Positions 8,130 to 18,342 are shown, numbered from the stretch's first letter. The stretch: 34,817 nucleotides of DNA from Promethearchaeota archaeon (GCA_048937405.1 JBHLNF010000023.1:1-34817); one strand, 5' to 3'. The notes: generated by a model not told the origin, from the letters alone. Made by a program: numbers and translations.

Positions 8130-8909
8130 ATGATTTCTTGTTTTAAAGTAAGTAGAAATAAAATTCAAAAAGATCAAGAGTCATTAGAGTTTCAGATAAT
8201 GGAAAGTATTAAACCACCGAGAAAATTAAGATATTTGTTATCATTAGAATGTATCCTTATAATTTGTTTTTTATTAATAGTATTCAGTTCCATCTATTTT
8301 ATCTCAGCAGGACCAGAACCTACTTTCGATACTGAAGAAACTTATAGATTTTTACGTTTAGTTATTTTATCAGTTATAGTTTTCTTGATTGGTATTTTTG
8401 CTGTTCTTTCTATAAAAGAATATAAAGAGTACATAGTAAGGAGAACTTATATATTAAATGGAATAACTAATTTATCTCTAAGACAGATATTTGATAATGA
8501 AAACCGTCTAAGGATAGTAAAGGAAATCCTCAATAATCCTGGGATTCATCAAAATGAATTACGCCGAAACTGCTATCTTCAGAAAGGACAATTGCAATGG
8601 CATTTGGATGTTCTATTAAAAAATAGTGTGATAAAAAAAGAAAAATTTGGACAGTATACTATTTATTTTCCAATTACTTCTTCTATTAAATCTATTGAAG
8701 ACTTTAAAAATCTACTCCCAAAATCAGAAACTACTGAAAATGTTTTAGAAATTATTCAAAAAAATCCAGGAATCAATTCATCAAAAATCTCTAAAATGTT
8801 GAATCTTTCACGTAATACAATAAAATATCATGTTGATAAATTATTTGAGAATAAAAAGATCTATCTTAAACAGAAAGGGCGAAAAATTGAATTATATCTA
8901 AATATCTAG
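8130..8909 (+). CDS. Membrane-anchored transcriptional regulator (2 TM helices plus tandem winged HTH)
   Basis: Two hydrophobic segments (about aa 35-59 and 75-95), followed by two wHTH repeats: NPGIHQNEL..LQWHLDVL and NPGINSSKIS..TIKYHVDKL. Confidence 0.8.
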   Translation: MISCFKVSRNKIQKDQESLEFQIMESIKPPRKLRYLLSLECILIICFLLIVFSSIYFISAGPEPTFDTEETYRFLRLVILSVIVFLIGIFAVLSIKEYKEYIVRRTYILNGITNLSLRQIFDNENRLRIVKEILNNPGIHQNELRRNCYLQKGQLQWHLDVLLKNSVIKKEKFGQYTIYFPITSSIKSIEDFKNLLPKSETTENVLEIIQKNPGINSSKISKMLNLSRNTIKYHVDKLFENKKIYLKQKGRKIELYLNI

Positions 8910-8972
8910 AATAAATACTTCCTGATTTTTCTAAAATAAAATTTAAAATTACTAAAGTGAAGAATTAACTCT

Positions 8973-9929
8973 TTAATTACCAAGTTCAGAAGACGAGGAA
9001 TATACTTCAGAAGTAACCTTTTTATAAATTGCTCTTAAGACAATTTCAAAAGCCTTATTTTCAATATTTTGAGGAATTCCTAAATTTTCTACAGTTTCTA
9101 TAATTTTTCCTGGCTTTCTTATTTTAAAGTCAATTTTGAAATCTCGTTCTCTGATCTCTTTATCTGTTTCAGATAATTCTTGAATAGTAATTTTAGGTAT
9201 ATTAAATTGGAAATCAAATTTTTGATTAGCAGATGTTTTTTCTAACTCTTTTTCACTTTTTAATGATTTTCCTAGGCTTAATTCTGTAAGTATATCACCT
9301 TTAGATTTTCCTCGCAATTCTAATAGCAAAAATGGATTAAAATCTATAACTTGGGCGATATATAAGATTACAGCCGCAATATGTTTGCATGGAATTGCTT
9401 TATCAGGACAGGAACAAGTAGCGTCTAGACCTTTTGATGCATCAGGAAATAATGAGTATTCACTCTCATTAAAAATGGATATAATCTCTTCTGGTAAGGA
9501 ACCTTCTATCAGTTCTAAAAGATTAGCTGGTTTATTTATAAGTTTTTTTAAAATACCCACCCATTCTTTTTCAAGAATGGTTTCAAATTTTATTTTTACA
9601 CGATAAGGTGTTGGAGCGGTACCTTGTACAGTTGCAAAAATCTGACCTGGAATAATCGAAAGATTATCAATTCGTCTTTTATCCTTTACATACTCAATTC
9701 CCCTTTGCATTCGAAAAGGACGACCAATTTTTAGATTTGAGCTAATCCATTGTTTTCCCCATGATGTCTTTGCGAAGTTTAAAAGATCTTTTTTAATTTG
9801 TTCAACCTCTTCATGAGTACGTTGTCTCTCATACTGCGTCTTTTTTTTATGTAACACAGATTTTTTTCCCTTGGATCTTCTACTTTCCATGAATTGTTTT
9901 TTACGATTATCTATTTTTATCACCATCAA
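8973..9929 (-). CDS. SWIM zinc-finger protein
   Basis: CSCPDKAIPCKHIAAV (CxC..CxH), RMQRGIEY, ATVQGT..PY and PFLLLELRG; immediately downstream of the SNF2 ATPase. Confidence 0.9.
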   Translation of the reverse strand: MMVIKIDNRKKQFMESRRSKGKKSVLHKKKTQYERQRTHEEVEQIKKDLLNFAKTSWGKQWISSNLKIGRPFRMQRGIEYVKDKRRIDNLSIIPGQIFATVQGTAPTPYRVKIKFETILEKEWVGILKKLINKPANLLELIEGSLPEEIISIFNESEYSLFPDASKGLDATCSCPDKAIPCKHIAAVILYIAQVIDFNPFLLLELRGKSKGDILTELSLGKSLKSEKELEKTSANQKFDFQFNIPKITIQELSETDKEIRERDFKIDFKIRKPGKIIETVENLGIPQNIENKAFEIVLRAIYKKVTSEVYSSSSELGN

Positions 9930-9932
9930 TTT

Positions 9933-12900
9933 TTAATTACTTAAAACCAATAGTTCCTTAAGTTTTTCCTCATCTAAATCTGAAATCCATGATTCTCCGG
10001 AAGAAACTACAATTTTATCAGACAAATCTCGTTTTTCTTCTAAAAGAGAGTCAATTTTTTCTTCGATTGATCCACTTGTAACGAATTTATATACATTCAC
10101 AACTGACTTCTGACCGATTCGATATGCTCTATCTGTGGCCTGATCCTCAACTGCAGGATTCCACCATCGATCAAAATGGATAACTGTTGTTCCCTGAGTC
10201 AAATTTAATCCTGTTCCACCCGCTTTTAGAGATAAAATTAATATTGGTGGACTCTCGATATCTTCCGATTGAAAATCATCTATAATTATTCTTCTTTTAT
10301 TTTCGGGAACTCCACCATGAAAGTAAAGAATTTTAAAACTGTACTTCCATTCAAGTATTTTTTTTAATATTGAGCCCATTTGTGTAAATTGGGTAAAAAT
10401 AAGAACTTTCTCCCCATTTGATATGACCTCATCAGTCATTTCTAATAATCTCTCCAATTTATTTGATTGAGAGATAGCTTTATTTACTTCTTTATCTGTA
10501 CCTAATGACTTAATATCTTTTTTTAGATATTGAAAGGGATGATTACAAATTTGCTTTAGTTTAACTAATAATCCTAAAATTAATCCCCTTTTTTGTCTAT
10601 TATCAACTGTTTTGTCTCCAATCTTTTCCAATATCTCTTCTGTAAGATTTTTATATAGACTAATTTGATCTTTGGTTAGTTCAACTATAATTTTAATTTC
10701 ATTTTTTTCAGGTAAATCTTGTATTATAGATTTATCTGATTTGACTCGACGCATAATAAATGGAGCGATAATTAATTTTAAATTTTCAATCGCTTCTTGA
10801 TTTTGAAATCTTTCAATTGGTAGGACATACTTTTGTTGAAATTCCATTCTACTTCCTAAAAGACCAGGATTTAAAAAATTAAAAAGCGACCATAGTTCTA
10901 ATAAACGATTTTCTATTGGGGTACCACTTAGACAAATTCGATATTGACTTTTCAAATTATATATCGCTTGAGTTTGTTTAGAACTATAGTTTTTCATATT
11001 TTGACTCTCATCAATAATAACTCCACTGAATTGAATTGATTCTAAGAAAGATATATCATTTCTAATAGTACCATAAGATGTTAGAAAGATTCGATGCGAT
11101 TTTAAGAACTCTGGAAGATTTGATGCTTTCATATATCGTTTTGGTCCATGATGAAATACAACTTCTAAATCAGGAGCGAATTTCTTGAATTCACGATACC
11201 AATTGAAAAGAACTGAAGTGGGACATACAATTAAGATGCTTCCAGGATTATTTGGATATTCTTCTTTTAAATAAAGTAAAAAAGCAATTACTTGAATAGT
11301 TTTTCCAAGACCCATATCATCAGCTAAGCATAATCCAAAATTAAATTTGGTCATATTACCCATCCATTGAAGCGCCTCTTCTTGATAATGACGTAGTTTA
11401 CCATTAAAAGATGAAGGACATGCAATCTCTTCAAAAGAATCTATTGATTGTATTTTATTGACAATCTCCCTTAATTCCCCCTCAATAATTACCTCATATT
11501 TAGTACCATTTTCTTGTAATTGAACTTTTCCTATCAATCCAAGTCTTAATGCATCCAAGTAACCTTCTATTTCAAAATCTTTACTATTTCTCAAATCTTC
11601 GAGGTCATTTTGATCCACTAATATCCATTTTCCTCTTAAATTAACTAAGGGCTCATTAGAGTTGATTATTTTAATTAGTTCATCGTCAGTTATTTGTTTC
11701 CCCTCAATTCTGACGTCCCATTTAGTTTCTAATAATGAAACAACATTAAAAAGTGAGGATAATCCTTTACCTTTTCCGCTTGTTTTTTCTACTTTGGCTT
11801 TTGAACGAATAATTAGTTTTGCAGTTAAACGTTGCGTTCCACCCATTGAAAATACTTCTGGCAGAACAAGATTAAATCCATTTTGAATTAACAAATCTTT
11901 TGGATATTTTAAAAAATCTAATACCTCGCTTGAAGTAAGATTGATTTCATCTTTCATTTTGTCTAAAAAAATTTTCTTAATGGGTGGAAATATTTTTGCT
12001 GCTGTTCCTAAAGCGCGTAGAATTATCTCTAAATAGTGCTCATTATTTTTAAATACCTTAGAAATTTCTTCCTTAAATCGATCACTTCCCTCCCAAATTT
12101 CATTTAATGGAATCTTCTTAGGATTATTTTTAAATAAAATTGAAAAAGATAATAACCAATCATCTTCAATTTGTTCTGGATATTTCAATTCTAAAGTTAA
12201 AGTAAAATTACTTTTTAATTGAAATCCATGAGCAGATTGAGTCCAATTCTTAATTATAATAGGAAGAATTGTTTCATAAAATTCATCTACTTTAAAAATT
12301 GGGTCTTTTTTGATAAGTCCTTTAAGTAATTTATAATCCCAGCTTAATCTAAAATCAGGATTAGTCTCTTTTTTAATTTCGCTGCTATAAAATTCTTCAA
12401 AAGTCTGAAAATTTCCTTTATGTAATGTAGATCGTATAAGAAAATCTCCAACACTATCCATAAATACTGAAAAAAGGTAAGACGGATGCCAAAGCCCATT
12501 AGTTTTAAGTAATCCTTCTTCATGGAAAAAATTATTCGGAAGACAAAAAGATGACCAAGAACTATTTTTTAAAATAAAATTAAAGCGATCCCTATCATAT
12601 TGAGATTTTAAAATTAATTGCCATTTACTCGTGTATAATTTTTCTGTAGTTGACTCTAAGACAGGTACAAACTGTCCTTTATTTAATAATTCAAATACTA
12701 ATTTGGTTAGAAAAGCCCATGTTTTTATAGAATTGCTAAATAGTACTTTAGTTCGATCAGGATTTTCCATTATTTCCAATTGATAAAGTAATTTGGTTGC
12801 TGGTGAAATCGGAATGATTTTTCCGACATGTGTAACAATTTCAAAAAAAATTTCTGAGGAATTATCTATATCTTTTACATTTGTTAAGTTGCTAGGAATT

Positions 12901-13130
12901 GCGAGGTTAATTTTGCAGGATAAAAGCTTTTCTGGTGGAATACTTGGTAAAATTTTTTTAATGTGTTCAACTAGCTTTTTTTCAGATTTATTTAAAGGAA
13001 TCCATAAAAGGAAAAAATTGATATTTTGGGGTAGATGCTTTCCTTTAGAGATTAATTCAAAACCACTGGACGGTTCATTCCAATACGTAGTGGGGATATA
13101 GAGTAATTCTAGTTTATTAACTAATTTCAT
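9933..13130 (-). CDS. SNF2-family ATPase (prokaryotic SSO1653/YwqA-like)
   Basis: LRHYQ, LADDMGLGKT, IDESQNMKN, LSGTPIENRL, LKQICNHP, LIFTQF, SLKAGGTGLNL and DRWWNPAVEDQATDRAYRIGQ motifs. Confidence 0.95.
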   Translation of the reverse strand: MKLVNKLELLYIPTTYWNEPSSGFELISKGKHLPQNINFFLLWIPLNKSEKKLVEHIKKILPSIPPEKLLSCKINLAIPSNLTNVKDIDNSSEIFFEIVTHVGKIIPISPATKLLYQLEIMENPDRTKVLFSNSIKTWAFLTKLVFELLNKGQFVPVLESTTEKLYTSKWQLILKSQYDRDRFNFILKNSSWSSFCLPNNFFHEEGLLKTNGLWHPSYLFSVFMDSVGDFLIRSTLHKGNFQTFEEFYSSEIKKETNPDFRLSWDYKLLKGLIKKDPIFKVDEFYETILPIIIKNWTQSAHGFQLKSNFTLTLELKYPEQIEDDWLLSFSILFKNNPKKIPLNEIWEGSDRFKEEISKVFKNNEHYLEIILRALGTAAKIFPPIKKIFLDKMKDEINLTSSEVLDFLKYPKDLLIQNGFNLVLPEVFSMGGTQRLTAKLIIRSKAKVEKTSGKGKGLSSLFNVVSLLETKWDVRIEGKQITDDELIKIINSNEPLVNLRGKWILVDQNDLEDLRNSKDFEIEGYLDALRLGLIGKVQLQENGTKYEVIIEGELREIVNKIQSIDSFEEIACPSSFNGKLRHYQEEALQWMGNMTKFNFGLCLADDMGLGKTIQVIAFLLYLKEEYPNNPGSILIVCPTSVLFNWYREFKKFAPDLEVVFHHGPKRYMKASNLPEFLKSHRIFLTSYGTIRNDISFLESIQFSGVIIDESQNMKNYSSKQTQAIYNLKSQYRICLSGTPIENRLLELWSLFNFLNPGLLGSRMEFQQKYVLPIERFQNQEAIENLKLIIAPFIMRRVKSDKSIIQDLPEKNEIKIIVELTKDQISLYKNLTEEILEKIGDKTVDNRQKRGLILGLLVKLKQICNHPFQYLKKDIKSLGTDKEVNKAISQSNKLERLLEMTDEVISNGEKVLIFTQFTQMGSILKKILEWKYSFKILYFHGGVPENKRRIIIDDFQSEDIESPPILILSLKAGGTGLNLTQGTTVIHFDRWWNPAVEDQATDRAYRIGQKSVVNVYKFVTSGSIEEKIDSLLEEKRDLSDKIVVSSGESWISDLDEEKLKELLVLSN

Positions 13131-13298
13131 ATATTAGTATCGCTCAGATACAAGGAACTTTTTTTATTCTAATATAAATTATTATGTAAAAAATTTTAGC
13201 ACATAGATTTAGATAATTAAAGAACTAACATAAAGATTTCAAATTTAAATAAAAAGAGGTTCAATATTAAATTATTAAAAAAAAAGGTAAAAGATAAA

Positions 13299-13658
13299 AT
13301 GGTAGATATTGAAAAAGTAAAAAAAATATTTGGAACAATTTGGTTAATCATTTTGATATTTTTATGGGTCACTTACCCTTTTTATCCTGGTGACATATTT
13401 TTCTGGATGTGGTTAGCAATAATCTGGAGCATAATTGGTGGTGTCATTGGTACCATATTTTTCATGATGGAGAGCAAAAAGAATGAAAAATTAATTGCAG
13501 TAATCTGGGCTATTATTTTGGTACTTCTATGGATTTTCTATCCTTATTTCCCTGGTGATAATGTTCTAGTTTGGATGTGGACGGCTATTATTTGGAGTAT
13601 AATTGGCGGTATCATTGCTATAAGTCTTTTTATAATCAAGAGAATAAAAAAAGAATAA
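13299..13658 (+). CDS. Small 4-TM membrane protein made of two internal repeats
   Basis: Two copies of IW.IIL..LW..YP..PGD...WMW.AIIWSIIGG.I. Confidence 0.8.
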   Translation: MVDIEKVKKIFGTIWLIILIFLWVTYPFYPGDIFFWMWLAIIWSIIGGVIGTIFFMMESKKNEKLIAVIWAIILVLLWIFYPYFPGDNVLVWMWTAIIWSIIGGIIAISLFIIKRIKKE

Positions 13659-13728
13659 ATACTTCCGTTAATTAAGCTAAACCTTAATAAAATACCTTTT
13701 TTTCTATTAATTTATTTCAAATAAAGAA

Positions 13729-14610
13729 TTAAATAGTAATTAATTTTGGATATTTATTTTGCTTAGCAAGTTCTTTTTGAATTATATCATTTAATAACTC
13801 TTCACGTTCATTTCCTGAAAGAACTTCTAATTTTCTTATTTCTAGTGGATCAACCTTCTCTCTTAATAGTTTAATTTCTTTTACAGTGGGAGGTTTAGTC
13901 TGCTGTATATCCTTTGGAATTATCAATTCAAATCCAGTCGATTTTATTATTGTATCTAAATCTATGTTAGGATGAATTGAATTTAATCTCATCTTTTTAC
14001 TCTCATCATCAAAATCCAAATAAGCCAGATTTGTGATAATACACTGAGGTCCTGAGCCACCACATATAGAAGATTTACCATTAGGAAAACCAACTCCTGA
14101 AATAAAATCAAGCTTTTCCGTAGGAACAAATGTTCTTTTATCATGACGGGGGGTGTAAAGAAAAGAACCACGAGCATAAAACATACTAAAATCTAGGATT
14201 CCTGCTGCTCCTGGTAGCCTAACTTTCGGTTTATACCAATCCCCGATACATATATTATTTGTATTTCCATATTGGTCTATCTGAGCAGGGCGAAAAAATT
14301 CAATTGTGGTTAGTTTATCTGAAGGAAGAGATTCCAAAGTACATTCTACACTGTTTTGAAATCTATATGCTCTTGCTGTATTCATTTCAAGATATAATAA
14401 ACTCACCTGTCGAGCTTCTTGTACAAATGTATTTCCCATTATATAATGATAGATCGCATCTGGCGCATGAGTTACTTTTGCTAATGTAAACGCTGTCCAG
14501 ACCATTGGAGTTGCAACACCAACTATCATTATATCATCATTTCTAACTTCCCTTGCCATTAAGACAGTCATCATCTCATCAATAGTATAATCTTTTGAAT
14601 ATTTACTCAT
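13729..14610 (-). CDS. CoA-transferase family I beta subunit (GctB/AibB-like), catalytic Glu apparently absent
   Basis: EMMTVLMAREV, HAPD, AQIDQYGNTN, RLPGAAG, LDFISGVG and IITNLA motifs. Confidence 0.88.
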   Translation of the reverse strand: MSKYSKDYTIDEMMTVLMAREVRNDDIMIVGVATPMVWTAFTLAKVTHAPDAIYHYIMGNTFVQEARQVSLLYLEMNTARAYRFQNSVECTLESLPSDKLTTIEFFRPAQIDQYGNTNNICIGDWYKPKVRLPGAAGILDFSMFYARGSFLYTPRHDKRTFVPTEKLDFISGVGFPNGKSSICGGSGPQCIITNLAYLDFDDESKKMRLNSIHPNIDLDTIIKSTGFELIIPKDIQQTKPPTVKEIKLLREKVDPLEIRKLEVLSGNEREELLNDIIQKELAKQNKYPKLITI

Positions 14611-14795
14611 TTTTTTTCTCCCTAAATATATATTAAATCTAAGATTATGCCAATATTTACTTTAAATAATTCCACATTGTTTCTTATGCTTTAATACAAA
14701 AGGTTTAAGATATTATAAGAATTCATTTTTAATATAATCCATAGTATTTAGGATTTAATGCTAATTCATAAAAAAATTGATAAATAGATATTATT

Positions 14796-15407
14796 ATGTT
14801 TCTTGTTTGTTTTGATTTAGAAGGAGTATTTACACCAGAAGTATGGATTGCAGTAAGTAAATCAACTGGAATAGATGAACTTAGTTTAACTACAAGAGAT
14901 ATTTCTGATTATGATGTTCTTATGAAAAAACGACTTGCTATACTTAAAAAAAATAGAATTACATTAAAAGATATTCAAGAAATAATTTCAAACATGGAAT
15001 TATTACCCGGTGCCAAGCAATTTTTAGATTGGATTCGTTCTCAAGCACAAATTGTAATTTTAACTGATAGTTTTATCGAATTTGTAGTTCCTTTTATGAA
15101 AAAGCTTGGTTATCCTTTTTGTTGTTGTCATAATCTTGAAACTGATGAAAATGGGATAATAAAAGATTATAAAATCCGTATTAAAGATATGAAAAAAAAT
15201 ACTGTTATAGCTTTTAAAAAGTTGAATTATGATATTATAGCCGCGGGAGACTCTTATAATGATACCAAAATGCTCCTAGAAGCAAAACATGGTATTTTAT
15301 TTAGACCCCCTCAAAATGTTATTGAAGAATTCCCCCAATTCCCCGTAGTTAAGGAATATTCTGAACTAAAAACTTTAATATCTAACTATTTAGATTTATC
15401 TGATTAA
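14796..15407 (+). CDS. thrH: Phosphoserine phosphatase / homoserine phosphotransferase ThrH (HAD family)
   Basis: CFDLEGVFTPEVW, TTRDISDYDVLM, AAGDSYNDTKML and GILFRPPQNVIEEFPQF match ThrH. Confidence 0.92.
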   Translation: MFLVCFDLEGVFTPEVWIAVSKSTGIDELSLTTRDISDYDVLMKKRLAILKKNRITLKDIQEIISNMELLPGAKQFLDWIRSQAQIVILTDSFIEFVVPFMKKLGYPFCCCHNLETDENGIIKDYKIRIKDMKKNTVIAFKKLNYDIIAAGDSYNDTKMLLEAKHGILFRPPQNVIEEFPQFPVVKEYSELKTLISNYLDLSD

Positions 15408-15422
15408 ATTAAAGGATGAATT

Positions 15423-16781
15423 TTAAGTGCTAAATTCTTTCAGCAAAAAATTCTTAAAATCTCGGTAATTATTTAATTCTATAGGATTAGGAAATTCTTT
15501 TTTATCTCTTATCATTTGTAACGAAATTGGCATTTCTGGAGTAATTTTTATAAGTGAAATTATTTCATCTGGAAATTTTGATGGATGAGCAGTTTCAAAT
15601 GTTATCGATTTAAAATTTTTATTCTCAGGAAAATCATTACGATAAGATTTAAGAGCAGCCCATCCTACAGCACCATGAGGTTCCATTATTTTTTTATGTT
15701 TTTCATAAAAATTTACAATTGTACCTTTAGTAATTTCATCACTTATTGAATAGGAAATGATGTCTTTACGAAGTTCTTCCATATTTGGAATTTTATAAAT
15801 ATTTCCATTCTCATCTAACTGTCCTCCGTAGAGATCAATTATTCTAGCCAGATTTGATGGATGACCTACATTCATGGCATTAGATATACATTTTCTTGAT
15901 GGTTCAACCTTTTTATACACACCCGTTCTTAAAAACGTCGGAAATTCATCATTTTCATTAACTGCTGATATAAAATTCTTAACAGGAAGTCCCATTTTTT
16001 TTGCAATTAGCCCTCCAGTAAGATTTCCAAAATTACCTGAAGGAACAGAAAAAATAACTTCTTCTCCTTTTTCTATTGTAATGCGTGAATAACTCCAAAA
16101 ATAATATAGAGTTTGAGGCATTAATCTTCCGAAATTTATAGAATTTGCCGAAGATAAACTAATCTTTTTTAAATCTTTATCCGCAAAAGCAGTTTTTGCT
16201 AATTTTTGACAATCATCAAACTTTCCATTTATCCCTATCGCAATAACATTTTTACCTAAAGTTGTCATTTGTTTTCTTTGCAAATCACTAATTTCATTCT
16301 TAGGGTATAATACTACAACTTTAATTCTTGGCATTTCATAGAAGGCTTGAGCAACGGCTCCACCCGTATCTCCAGATGTTGCTGTTAATATAACTAATTC
16401 CTTATTTTCAATTTCAAGAAAATGTTGCATTATTCTAGCTAGCATTCTTGCACCAAAATCTTTAAAACTACACGTAGGACCACGATCTAAATAACATATA
16501 TGATCATTATTTGTAACCTTTTCAATAGGAATCTCAAAATTCAAGGCAGAATTAACAATTTTTTTAAGTTCTTTTTCCGATATAACATTTCCAATAAATT
16601 TTGAAATTATTATTAATGCCATTTCAATGAAATCCATGTTTTTAAAAGACTCAAGAGTTTCATAAGTTATTTTCGGAACTTTATTTAACATATATAATCC
16701 ATTATCTAATGCTTGACCTTGTAAAATAGCGTTTTTAAAATCTACATCTTTAGATCCATAATTTGTTGAGTGAAATTTCAT
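15423..16781 (-). CDS. thrC: Threonine synthase (long, E. coli-like type)
   Basis: GPTCSFKDFGAR (PLP Lys), ATSGDTGGAV, FDDCQ, SANSINFGR, VPSGNFGN, SNAMNVGHPSN and TAHPSKF motifs. Confidence 0.95.
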   Translation of the reverse strand: MKFHSTNYGSKDVDFKNAILQGQALDNGLYMLNKVPKITYETLESFKNMDFIEMALIIISKFIGNVISEKELKKIVNSALNFEIPIEKVTNNDHICYLDRGPTCSFKDFGARMLARIMQHFLEIENKELVILTATSGDTGGAVAQAFYEMPRIKVVVLYPKNEISDLQRKQMTTLGKNVIAIGINGKFDDCQKLAKTAFADKDLKKISLSSANSINFGRLMPQTLYYFWSYSRITIEKGEEVIFSVPSGNFGNLTGGLIAKKMGLPVKNFISAVNENDEFPTFLRTGVYKKVEPSRKCISNAMNVGHPSNLARIIDLYGGQLDENGNIYKIPNMEELRKDIISYSISDEITKGTIVNFYEKHKKIMEPHGAVGWAALKSYRNDFPENKNFKSITFETAHPSKFPDEIISLIKITPEMPISLQMIRDKKEFPNPIELNNYRDFKNFLLKEFST

Positions 16782-16799
16782 TAAAAATGCCTCAATTAC

Positions 16800-17828
16800 T
16801 TAATTATTAAAATTTTCTTTCAGTTTTTTTCTCTCTTTGATAATGCTAATTAAATCGTTAAGTATAGCAGATGCTGCTTCAAAACCACCAGCGCCTCTTC
16901 CTATAAAAATTATAGATCCCGCTTTTTCAGTTTGAAGATTAATAAGATTCAATATTCCACTAATATTTAAAGGAGAGTCACTCTTTACAAGCCTAGGTTC
17001 CACAATTAAATCATTGTCTTCCGCAATAGCCAGATGTTTTATGACGTATCCATCTGATTTTGCTAATTCCATAGCTTCTGGTGTGATTTTAGTAATACCT
17101 TCGACCTTCACATCATCAATATTTTTTGACCAATTAAGTAGTTCATTTGCTAAAATTACTAATTTCCCCGCTGCATCATAACCATCAACATCTAGACTTG
17201 GATCTGCTTCAGCATAACCTAACTCTTGAGCTTCCTTTAATGCTACGGTAAAAGATATTCCTTCCGTTGCCATTCGGCTTAATATATAGTTATTTGTACC
17301 ATTTAATATTGCTTCAATACGAGTTATTACATTACCTAATAAATTTCTTTTTATGGATAAAGCAGGGACACAACTTGCAACTGTTGCTTCATATTTTACA
17401 AAACAATTAGTTTTCTTAGCTAAGTCTTTAATTTTCTTATAATGTAAAAAGAATGGGGCTTTATTTGCCGAAATTACATCTATATTATTACTTAAAGCTT
17501 CAATAATATGTGTTAATGCTGGTTCTCCTGTTTTTGGTTCAGTGGGAGTTGTTTCAATGCAAAGATCTATTTCTAATTTGGAAATATGATCTTTTGCTTT
17601 CACTTCATTTTTCCAAAATTTATTTTTCCTTAGATTATTGTTATTAGCTAAAAGTTCATCTAAATTAATTCCGTTATTATTAATTAAAGCACCATCATAT
17701 TCAAAAATTGCAACTATTTTACAAATGCAGTTATAATTCTCTCTAATAATACTGCTTTTCTCTTTTAATAATTGTAAAAAACAAGTTCCTACATTACCTT
17801 TACCTATTAAACATATTTTTAATTCCAT
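16800..17828 (-). CDS. hom: Homoserine dehydrogenase
   Basis: GKGNVG, SANKAP, YEATVA, ILNGTNNYIL, AQELGYAEADPSLDVDGYDAAGK and GRGAG motifs. Confidence 0.95.
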   Translation of the reverse strand: MELKICLIGKGNVGTCFLQLLKEKSSIIRENYNCICKIVAIFEYDGALINNNGINLDELLANNNNLRKNKFWKNEVKAKDHISKLEIDLCIETTPTEPKTGEPALTHIIEALSNNIDVISANKAPFFLHYKKIKDLAKKTNCFVKYEATVASCVPALSIKRNLLGNVITRIEAILNGTNNYILSRMATEGISFTVALKEAQELGYAEADPSLDVDGYDAAGKLVILANELLNWSKNIDDVKVEGITKITPEAMELAKSDGYVIKHLAIAEDNDLIVEPRLVKSDSPLNISGILNLINLQTEKAGSIIFIGRGAGGFEAASAILNDLISIIKERKKLKENFNN

Positions 17829-17853
17829 GACAGCACACTGTATTAGCTTATTA

Positions 17854-18342
17854 TTATCGTATCAAGAAAAGGTTTTTCTCTTTACAAATTTTTTCAATTT
17901 CATGAATTAGTTCGAATTTTGTCATAGATTCAGGGAATTCTACACTTATTTTAACATTGCTTATCTCATCAAATCCCGCGAATTTTGCAGTTAATTCAAA
18001 AACTTTTATTTTCTTTTTATCTAAACGTCTAAGAGTATCTGTTATATCAGTATCAAAAACATGACCAGATAAGATAAAAGTCATCTTGTTTTTTTTTGAA
18101 TCTATAGAAATATTAATAATTTCTATATTCTTTTCAATAAGATCTTTCTGAATATTATTTACTGATAAATCAAGAGATTCCTCCTTTAAATCAAACCAAA
18201 CTGTAACAGGGATCATATTATTCATTTTTTTATCGTGATTATGTAAAATCCCATAAATATTTCCACCATTTTGGGAGATTGGCTTCATCATTTCGATTAA
18301 ACTTCCCGGAATGTCTGGTAATTTAACTTCTAAATAAATCAT
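17854..18342 (-). CDS. ACT-domain allosteric regulator of homoserine dehydrogenase
   Basis: LPDIPGSL..PIS..GGNI..ILH and LSGHVFDTDITDT; lies directly upstream of hom, as is typical in archaea. Confidence 0.85.
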   Translation of the reverse strand: MIYLEVKLPDIPGSLIEMMKPISQNGGNIYGILHNHDKKMNNMIPVTVWFDLKEESLDLSVNNIQKDLIEKNIEIINISIDSKKNKMTFILSGHVFDTDITDTLRRLDKKKIKVFELTAKFAGFDEISNVKISVEFPESMTKFELIHEIEKICKEKNLFLIR

